Source of the DNA: an uncultured Victivallales bacterium
GTDB lineage: Bacteria > Verrucomicrobiota > Kiritimatiellia > UBA8416
Assembly (NCBI GenBank): GCA_964583785.1
Contig: CAZOXS010000022.1
Coordinates: 1-49,299 of the forward strand
Length of the DNA stretch: 49,299 nucleotides
Direction: 5' to 3'
The notes beneath the pieces were generated by a model. That model did not search any database and had not been told where the DNA came from. It worked only from the letters and a program-made list of their open reading frames with translations. The translations under genes and the position numbers were made by a program. Positions 20,344 to 26,671 of this stretch are shown piece after piece (position 1 is the stretch's first letter; every line of letters starts with the position of its first letter).

Positions 20344-20570
20344 AGATCCAGATCCTGGGCACGGGGTGCCCGAAATGCAAGAAACTGACCGAAGCCGCTG
20401 AGATTGCCGCCAAGGAACTCGGGCTCGCCTATGAGCTGGAAAAGGTCTCGGACATCAACGACATCATGGCCATGGGTGTGATGATGACCCCCGCCCTCGC
20501 GGTCGATGGCGTGGTCAAGAGCACAGGCAAGATATTGAGCCCTGAAGAGATCAAGAAGTTCCTCAAATAA
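20340..20570 (+). CDS. small thioredoxin-fold protein (redox-active disulfide protein 2 / MTH895-like)
   Basis: MKIQILGTGCPKCKKL (CxxC), 76 aa, typical partner of COG0701 permeases. 4-nt overlap with the RND gene. Confidence 0.8.
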   Translation: MKIQILGTGCPKCKKLTEAAEIAAKELGLAYELEKVSDINDIMAMGVMMTPALAVDGVVKSTGKILSPEEIKKFLK

Positions 20571-20587
20571 GGAAAGGAGAAGACATC

Positions 20588-20962
20588 ATGGGTACGAATT
20601 GTGCATGCAGTGCCGCGCCGAAACTGATTTTCGCCTGCTCAGGGGCTGCCGACGTCGGCGCAGTGGCCGATCAGGCTGCCCGCAAGCTGACCCGCGACGG
20701 CGTGGGCAAGATGTTCTGTACGGTAGGGATCGGCGGACGCATCAGCGGGATCCTGAAGACGACCGAGGCGGCCGAGGCCATCCTAGCCATCGACGGCTGC
20801 CCGCTCAACTGCGTCAAGAGCAGTTTGACCGAGGCCGGATTCGGCAACTTCAAGCACCTGCAGTTGGCCGATCTCGGCATGACCAAGGGCGCAACCGATG
20901 TGAACGAAACCAATATTGCAAAAGCGGCGGCACAGGGTGCAGCCGTTCTTCAGGAGGTATGA
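20588..20962 (+). CDS. DGC-domain putative zinc-binding protein
   Basis: KLIFACSGAADVG...AIDGCPLNCVKSSL (DGC motif). RBS GGAAAGGAG upstream. Confidence 0.75.
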   Translation: MGTNCACSAAPKLIFACSGAADVGAVADQAARKLTRDGVGKMFCTVGIGGRISGILKTTEAAEAILAIDGCPLNCVKSSLTEAGFGNFKHLQLADLGMTKGATDVNETNIAKAAAQGAAVLQEV

Positions 20963-21390
20963 TGATGACGATGCTGAAAAACAGTTTGTGCGTATTGATG
21001 GGGATTGGACTGCTCGCGATGACTGCGTGCGCCAAGGATGCCGAGACGCCGGCACCGGCGGCCGAGGCGAAGGTCGCCTTGCCGAAGCTGGTCGATCTGG
21101 GTGCCAAGGCTTGCATCCCCTGCAAGAAGATGGCCCCGATCCTGGAGGAACTGACCACGGAATACAAAGGCGTCTTCGATGTCGAGTTCATCGATGTCTG
21201 GCAACCCGAGAACCAGGAAAAAGCCAAGACTTACGGGATCAAGTCGATCCCGACGCAGATTTTCCTGGACTCCAAAGGTAAGGAACTGGGGCGTCATGAG
21301 GGTTTCATCGCCAAAGAGGATATCCTGAAGAAGTGGCAAGCACTTGGCGTGAGTATTAAGACGAAAGCGGATATGGAACACAACGAATGA
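20959..21390 (+). CDS. thioredoxin-fold lipoprotein (CxxC)
   Basis: Internal ATG 20959 of track ORF 20599..21390, preceded by AGGAGG. MMMTMLKNSLCVLMGIGLLAMTAC (lipobox), KACIPCKKMAPILEEL, IPTQIFLDSKGKEL. The last codons (MEHNE-stop) lie inside the first 16-nt repeat unit. Confidence 0.8.
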   Translation: MMMTMLKNSLCVLMGIGLLAMTACAKDAETPAPAAEAKVALPKLVDLGAKACIPCKKMAPILEELTTEYKGVFDVEFIDVWQPENQEKAKTYGIKSIPTQIFLDSKGKELGRHEGFIAKEDILKKWQALGVSIKTKADMEHNE

Positions 21391-21523
21391 TCGACACAAC
21401 GAATATGGGACACAACGAATTTTTTGCACAACGAATATGGAACACAGCAAATGGGGAATCATATAATATGGTAACGATGTTCACCCTTATTCCCATTCGT
21501 TGTGCAGCCCATTCGTTGTGCAA
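21379..21523. repeat. 16-nt tandem-unit palindrome: 5 forward units (CACAACGAATATGGRA) followed by 2 inverted units
   Basis: CACAACGAAT at 21379, 21395, 21411 and 21427, plus degenerate CACAGCAAAT at 21443 (exact 16-nt phase). Inverted ATTCGTTGTG at 21495 and 21511. GGGAAT/ATTCCC extends the stem around a loop of about 30 nt. Confidence 0.9.
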
Positions 21524-21570
21524 ATACATTCCTTTTTTACCGCAACTTCTCTTCCCCTATTCATTACGTA

Positions 21571-22395
21571 ATGCAATCACAAGGTGACAATGTGACTAAT
21601 GCTTTGAACGATAATCTTATCTATCCTGAGTTGTCCTACAAGATCATGGGCGCGGCGATGCACGTCCATAATCAACTGGGGCCTGGGTGGGATGAAGATG
21701 CCTATCATTCTGCATTACTACACGCGTTGCGAAAAGCCAGCCTTAAAACAGAAAGCAAGCTGCGAGGTGTGCTTAAACAGCGCGAGCTGTATGCTGACAC
21801 ATTTGAGCTGGACATCCTTGTCGAAGATTCGATCATTCTGGAATTAAAACACCTTGTGGGCAAGTTTCACCCCGCTCACATGATTCAATTGATCAATTAT
21901 CAGAAATTCTGGAAGAAACAATTAGGAATTCTGCTCAACTTTGGTCTTGATCGCCTTCAATTTGAACGGATCCCCTTTACTCCGCGTACCGGCCCATTAA
22001 CCAGTAACGATGCCTACAAACACTTTCAGGAAACCAACCCCGCAAAAGCGAACCACGTTGAATCCATTCTTCAAGCAATTGTGGACGCCCACGGGCTTGG
22101 ATATGGCACCTATGTCTACCGCAATCTTGTACGTACCGAATGTCATTTCAAAAACTGCTCCTGCGAAATGCCGGTCATCCCTCTTTATTACGACTCTTTA
22201 ATGCTCGGGGAAAAACAGGCAGACGTTCTCTGCCTTGATTCCGATCTGCTGCTATTAGTGAATGCTCAGCGCGAAAAAACCTCCGATATTCTTTTAGCGC
22301 GCATGTTGAGCTACCTTCGCAAAACCAATTTATCTGATGGCATTATCGCCACCTTTGGATCTAACGAACTATACCTCAAATATGTTTCCCCATAA
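21571..22395 (+). CDS. tandem GxxExxY-type (PD-(D/E)XK-like) protein; the second copy is degenerate
   Basis: ATG 21571 lies within ORF 21502..22395. The N-half has the family pattern (YPELSYKIMGAAMHVHNQLGPGWDEDAYHSALLHALRKASL...FELDILVEDSIILELKHL...LINYQKFWKKQLGILLNFG). The C-half repeats the pattern weakly (GLGYGTYVYRNLV...ADVLCLDSDLLLLVNAQRE...LSYLRKTNLSDGIIATFG). Visibly more AT-rich than its neighbours. Confidence 0.65.
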   Translation: MQSQGDNVTNALNDNLIYPELSYKIMGAAMHVHNQLGPGWDEDAYHSALLHALRKASLKTESKLRGVLKQRELYADTFELDILVEDSIILELKHLVGKFHPAHMIQLINYQKFWKKQLGILLNFGLDRLQFERIPFTPRTGPLTSNDAYKHFQETNPAKANHVESILQAIVDAHGLGYGTYVYRNLVRTECHFKNCSCEMPVIPLYYDSLMLGEKQADVLCLDSDLLLLVNAQREKTSDILLARMLSYLRKTNLSDGIIATFGSNELYLKYVSP

Positions 22396-22401
22396 CCTCA
22401 A

Positions 22402-22465
22402 ACATTCGCTGTGCAAAAACATTCGCTGTGCAACTCATTCGCTGTGCAAAAACATTCGTTGTGAA
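22402..22465. repeat. 4 inverted copies of the same 16/17-nt unit (CATTCGYTGTGCAAAAA)
   Basis: CATTCG at 22402, 22419, 22435 and 22452. This is the reverse complement of the upstream CACARCGAATG units. Confidence 0.9.
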
Positions 22466-22483
22466 CATCAATAGGAGTCGCAA

Positions 22484-22957
22484 ATGCAAAAAGCAAAACA
22501 CATTCTGACCAAGGGACTGGTGGCCTTTGCGCTGATCAGTATCGGCTTTGCACTGGGCAAGCACGCCGCGCAGCCGTCGTCCAACCCCGTGGCCCCACAG
22601 CCCGCCGCCAACGGACGGCAGATCGCCGTCTACTATCTGCATTCCACCTTCCGCTGCATCACCTGTAACACCATCGAGTCGATGACCCGCGAGCTGCTGG
22701 ACAGCGTCTACAGCAAGGAGCTGACGGATGGGACCATCCAATGGATCGAAGCCGACTTCATGCAGGAGGCGGCACTGGCCCGGCAGTTCGAGGTGGCGGC
22801 CAGCTGCGTCGTCGTGGCAGACATGCGCGATGGCGCCGTACGCGGCTACAAGCGGCTGGATGACGTCTGGACCCGCATGCAGGATCCGGCGGCTTTCAAT
22901 GCATATATTAGCGAGGCTATTGACGGTTACCTGAAGCAGGCGGGCGGCGAATCATGA
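22484..22957 (+). CDS. arsF: ArsF-family protein (nitrophenyl-arsenical nitroreductase subunit family), membrane-anchored thioredoxin-like
   Basis: N-terminal TM helix, then IAVYYLHSTFRCITCNTIESMTRELL...YSKELTDGTIQWIEADF. Matches my recollection of the ArsF family pattern (family-level call only). Confidence 0.6.
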   Translation: MQKAKHILTKGLVAFALISIGFALGKHAAQPSSNPVAPQPAANGRQIAVYYLHSTFRCITCNTIESMTRELLDSVYSKELTDGTIQWIEADFMQEAALARQFEVAASCVVVADMRDGAVRGYKRLDDVWTRMQDPAAFNAYISEAIDGYLKQAGGES

Positions 22958-23631
22958 TCTGGACCGGTATCGTATCGGCTTTCTGGCTCGGCATTTTGAC
23001 TGCGATCAGCCCCTGCCCGCTGGCGACCAACATTGCCGCGATCTCCTTTATCGGCCGCAAGGCCGGGCACAAGCCGCACGTCATCGGTTCGGGACTGCTT
23101 TATTCGGCGGGCCGCACCCTGGCCTACGTGCTTCTCGGAGCGGTGATCACGGCCGGCCTGCTGGGCAGCGCTGAGATTTCGCGTTTCCTTCAAAAGTACA
23201 TGAACGAGGCCCTCGGGCCGATCCTGATCCTCCTGGGGCTGGTGCTGTTGGGCTGGATCGGTTCCGGCATCTCGCTGCACGTGGGCGGCGAGAAACTGCA
23301 GGAAAAGGCCAAACAGGGTGGCATCATCTGGGCCGTACCGATCGGCTTCATCTTTGCCCTCTCCTTCTGCCCGGTCTCGGCCGGTCTCTTCTTCGGCGGA
23401 TTGCTGCCGCTGGCGTTGAAGCAGCAGTCGACGGCCCTGCTGCCGGTCGTCTACGGCATCGGCACCTCGCTGCCGGTGGTGGTCTTCGCCTTCATCCTGG
23501 CCTTCGGTTCCGCCAGCCTCGGCAAGGCCTTCAATAAACTCACCCACATTGAGATCTGGATCCGCCGCCTCGCCGGCACCGCCTTCATCCTGGCGGGCAT
23601 CTATTATTGCCTGAACCACATCTATCAATGA
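22954..23631 (+). CDS. arsG: ArsG-family / CcdA-DsbD-like membrane transporter
   Basis: LGILTAISPCPLATNIAAISFIGRK, six TM segments, 4-nt overlap with the arsF-like gene. Family-level call from motif recollection. Confidence 0.65.
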   Translation: MIWTGIVSAFWLGILTAISPCPLATNIAAISFIGRKAGHKPHVIGSGLLYSAGRTLAYVLLGAVITAGLLGSAEISRFLQKYMNEALGPILILLGLVLLGWIGSGISLHVGGEKLQEKAKQGGIIWAVPIGFIFALSFCPVSAGLFFGGLLPLALKQQSTALLPVVYGIGTSLPVVVFAFILAFGSASLGKAFNKLTHIEIWIRRLAGTAFILAGIYYCLNHIYQ

Positions 23632-23632
23632 T

Positions 23633-23657
23633 CAAAGGCCTCTGCCTTTGCTATTTT
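23633..23657 (+). terminator. rho-independent terminator after the arsG-like gene
   Basis: CAAAGGC-CTCT-GCCTTTG followed by CTATTTT, 2 nt after the stop. Confidence 0.6.
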
Positions 23658-23660
23658 GCC

Positions 23661-23711
23661 TTGACGAACCCGCAGTTAGAGATATATCTTTATTGATAGA
23701 TATCTAAGGAG
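23661..23711 (+). promoter_or_regulatory. vapBC promoter/operator candidate
   Basis: TTGACG at 23661. Two related perfect palindromes, AGATATATCT (23680-23689) and TAGATATCTA (23697-23706). AAGGAG RBS before ATG 23719. Confidence 0.4.
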
Positions 23712-23718
23712 ACTTGTC

Positions 23719-23946
23719 ATGGTAACGGCAAAAGTATTCAAGTCGGGGCGGAGTCAGGCGGTACGGGTGCCAATGCGTTATCGCTTTCACTCCTCCGAGG
23801 TTAATGTACTGGCGACGGCAGACGGTCTACTACTGACGGAAAAAGGACCGTGGGAACTGTTCCGGGAAGGCGTTGACGAGCTGTCTGGTGACTTTATGCC
23901 TGACCGTGTCCAGCCGCCACTCGAGGATCGGGTTTCCCTGGCATGA
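23719..23946 (+). CDS. vapB: VapB-type antitoxin (AbrB/SpoVT fold)
   Basis: MVTAKVFKSGRSQAVRVPMRYRF, 75 aa, 4-nt overlap with the PIN gene. Confidence 0.8.
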   Translation: MVTAKVFKSGRSQAVRVPMRYRFHSSEVNVLATADGLLLTEKGPWELFREGVDELSGDFMPDRVQPPLEDRVSLA

Positions 23947-24416
23947 GTGGCGGTGCCTATATGCTCGACACGAATATCCTCGTTTATATGCTGCGGGGCT
24001 TCAAGGCGGCGAATGCGGGACGGGATATCCACCAGCGGGCGGAACGGATCCGCAACCGGATCGAGCGTGAATTACGGCATGGCGCGGCGATCTATATTTC
24101 CATGGTCACAATCTGCGAACTGGAGTATGGCGCTGGCAAAGCGGTTGATCCGGCAAAAGAGCGCCGGGCGCTTTCCAAGATCCTGGCTCCCTTCGAGCGG
24201 GCGGAGGGCGATTCCGTGAACCTGCCGCGACATTATGGCGAGATCCGCTGCGAACTGGAACAGGCCGGACAGCCAATCGGGGCTATGGATCTCATGATCG
24301 CTGCGCATGCCCGCTCACTGGGTGTAACCTTGGTAACAAACAACGTCAGCGAATTTAATAGGGTTAAGGGGCTGAAGGTAGCCAACTGGGCGGAAACGGG
24401 CACGTCCAAGGAATAA
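23943..24416 (+). CDS. vapC: VapC PIN-domain ribonuclease toxin
   Basis: YMLDTNILVYML...ICELEYG...GAMDLMIAAHARSLGVTLVTNNVSEF (the acidic PIN residues are present). Confidence 0.85.
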   Translation: MSGGAYMLDTNILVYMLRGFKAANAGRDIHQRAERIRNRIERELRHGAAIYISMVTICELEYGAGKAVDPAKERRALSKILAPFERAEGDSVNLPRHYGEIRCELEQAGQPIGAMDLMIAAHARSLGVTLVTNNVSEFNRVKGLKVANWAETGTSKE

Positions 24417-24421
24417 GCATC

Positions 24422-25053
24422 ATGATTGATATCCCACAGCAAATGGCCGATGCGTTTATCCAGGCCTGCCACCAGGCCGCCGCCCAGCAACTGCTGCGTT
24501 GCAGCAGCGGCAACCTGTCGTTGCGGCTGGATGCTGACCGCCTCATCGCCACGGCCTCGGGAAGCTGACTGGGTGAGCTCACCGCCGAGCAGATTGCCCT
24601 TTGCCGGATCTCGGACGGCTCCCGTCTGGAAGGGCCCCGGCCAACAGTGGAAATCAACTTTCATGCCGGCATCATGCGCAACCGGCCCGACATCGGGGTG
24701 GTCCTGCATTTTCAATCCAATGCCGCCACAACCATCGCCTGTATGCAGCCGGAGAAAATCAACTTCAACGCCATCCCTGAGATTCCGTTCCGGATCGGAT
24801 CGATCGGTCATGTTCCTACCTGACGCCGGGCTCGCAGGAACTGGCGACCGCCGTATCGGACGCCATGAGGCAACACAATCTGGTCATGCTCCAGAATCAC
24901 GGGCAGGTCTTGGTGGCCAAGAATTACGCCGACTCCATCCCGAATGCGGTCTTCTTCGTGCTGGCCTGCGAGATCATCCTGCGCGCCGGCCAGGATCTAT
25001 GCCCGCTGACACCGGAGGCGGTTGCAAGCCTGCGCGCCAGTGGGCGTTGCTAG
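24422..25053 (+). pseudogene. class II aldolase/adducin-family gene disrupted by an in-frame TGA and a 1-nt deletion
   Basis: My translation: MIDIPQQMADAFIQACHQAAAQQLLRCSSGNLSLRLDADRLIATASGS-TGA(24566-24568)-LGELTAEQIALCRISDG...EINFHAGIMRNRPDIGVVLHFQSNAATTIAC...IGSIGHVP. The frame is then lost near 24817 (CCTAC where CCTTAC is expected) and resumes as LTPGSQELATAVSDAMRQHNLVMLQNHGQVLVAKNYADSIPNAVFFVLACE. Confidence 0.7.
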
Positions 25054-25081
25054 GCTGATGTCGACCACGCATAAATTCTAT

Positions 25082-25111
25082 TTGACAGTTAGCTAACCAT
25101 GCATGTATCGT
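25082..25111 (+). promoter_or_regulatory. arsR promoter with embedded palindromic operator candidate
   Basis: TTGACA (25082-25087), 18-nt spacer containing the perfect 10-bp palindrome GTTAGCTAAC (25088-25097), TATCGT (25106-25111). ATG at 25119. Confidence 0.45.
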
Positions 25112-25118
25112 AGGCGGC

Positions 25119-25442
25119 ATGAAAACACAACTGGAGCAATTGAAAGCCTTGTCGGACCGTAACCGTCTGCGGGTCGTCGCCGCCTTGATGAATACCAGCG
25201 AGCTCTGCGCCTGCCAGATCAGCGAGCTGCTCGGAGTCAGTGGGGCCACGGCCTCACGCCACATGGATTTGCTGATCCGGGCCGGATTGATCGATAGCCG
25301 CAAATCCGGTCGCTGGGTCTACTACAAGCTTAGCCCATCATTTCCGCCTCAGCTTCGCGAATGGCTCAAAAAACCGCTCTCGAAAGATCCGGAGATGAAG
25401 GCGGATCTTGGCAATGTGAAGAAAATTACGGGATGTAAATAG
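25119..25442 (+). CDS. arsR: ArsR-family arsenic-responsive repressor
   Basis: LSDRNRLRVVAALMNTSELCACQISELLGVSGATASRHMDLLIRAGLIDSRKSGRWVYYKL. Confidence 0.85.
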   Translation: MKTQLEQLKALSDRNRLRVVAALMNTSELCACQISELLGVSGATASRHMDLLIRAGLIDSRKSGRWVYYKLSPSFPPQLREWLKKPLSKDPEMKADLGNVKKITGCK

Positions 25443-25462
25443 GCTGTGAGATATTTAATGAA

Positions 25463-25564
25463 TCGGCTGACGATTACGGGCGACGATTACGGATTACGAT
25501 TCAATGTTGTCGGGCAAGGAGAGCTAATCGTCCATCGTAATCGTCGCCCGTTATCGTCAACCGA
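25463..25564. repeat. 13-nt tandem-unit palindrome (3 forward + 3 inverted units, 39-nt arms, 24-nt loop)
   Basis: Left arm TCGGCTGACGATTACGGGCGACGATTACGGATTACGATT (25463-25501). Reverse complement of the right arm (25526-25564) is TCGGTTGACGATAACGGGCGACGATTACGATGGACGATT. Followed by CATGTTTTTG. Confidence 0.9.
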
Positions 25565-25605
25565 CATGTTTTTGTAATTTAGAAGAACAAAAGAAGGACA
25601 CAAAT

Positions 25606-26055
<450 letters not shown>

Positions 26056-26154
26056 GGCGCAAAGATCGCAAAGAATAGACAATGATAACTTAGCGGCTTT
26101 GCGAGAAAGACCACCTCTTTCAGACCCTCAGGCGCAAACAAAGGAGAGCAAAAG

Positions 26155-26364
26155 ATGAACGAACAGACGAAGGAACTGATTGCAATCGGAACATCCGTGG
26201 GCGCGCATTGCCAGCCGTGTCTGGCATACCATGTCAACAAGGCGAAGGAGATGGGCATCGCGGAGGACGACATCCGCGAGGCTATCACGATCGGCCACAT
26301 GGTGGAGAAAGGTGCGATGTCAGCCATGCGCGAATTCTCGCAAGGAGTACTGGAAAATGAGTAA
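26155..26364 (+). CDS. small AhpD/carboxymuconolactone-decarboxylase-like protein (CxxC)
   Basis: ELIAIGTSVGAHCQPCLAYHVNKAKEMGIAEDDIREAI, 69 aa. Confidence 0.7.
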   Translation: MNEQTKELIAIGTSVGAHCQPCLAYHVNKAKEMGIAEDDIREAITIGHMVEKGAMSAMREFSQGVLENE

Positions 26365-26671
26365 GCAAATGGAAGTATTTGATCCGCCGATGTGCTGTTC
26401 GAGCGGAGTTTGTGGGGCCAGCGTAAATACCAAACTGGTGCAGTTTGCCGGCGACCTGGAAGCTGTCAGGCAGAAGGGGGTCGCCGTAAATCGCTACAAC
26501 CTGTCGTCCGAACCCGCCGCTTTCGTGCAGAATGCGGTCGTCAAGCAGGCCCTTAACGATGATGGGAACGATTGCCTTCCGCTGGTCCTGATCGACGGCA
26601 AGGTTGTCAGCAAAGGCCGCTACCCCGCCCGCAACGAATTACTGGAAGCCGCCGGACTGGATGCAGAGTGA
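26357..26671 (+). CDS. arsD: ArsD arsenic metallochaperone/repressor
   Basis: Internal ATG 26357 of ORF 26180..26671. MSKQMEVFDPPMCCSSGVCG...LPLVLIDGKVVSKGRYP. Confidence 0.85.
   Translation: MSKQMEVFDPPMCCSSGVCGASVNTKLVQFAGDLEAVRQKGVAVNRYNLSSEPAAFVQNAVVKQALNDDGNDCLPLVLIDGKVVSKGRYPARNELLEAAGLDAE

Noticed and set aside
20599-20958. 5' part of track ORF 20599..21390, and the 5' parts of 26180..26671 and 26572..28437
   Set aside because: They are out-of-frame overlaps with well-supported upstream genes (DGC protein, AhpD-like, arsD). The internal starts at 20959, 26357 and 26671 give canonical N-termini.
24566-24568. In-frame TGA as recoding (selenocysteine or Trp/Gly reassignment)
   Set aside because: TGA is used as an ordinary stop by many neighbouring genes (e.g. 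at 14854, 20341, 20960 and 26669). The same gene also has a frameshift, so pseudogenisation is the simpler explanation.
24426-25058. 210-aa track ORF across the aldolase locus
   Set aside because: Pro/Arg/Ser-rich off-frame translation. The aldolase-family frame explains the region once two lesions are allowed.
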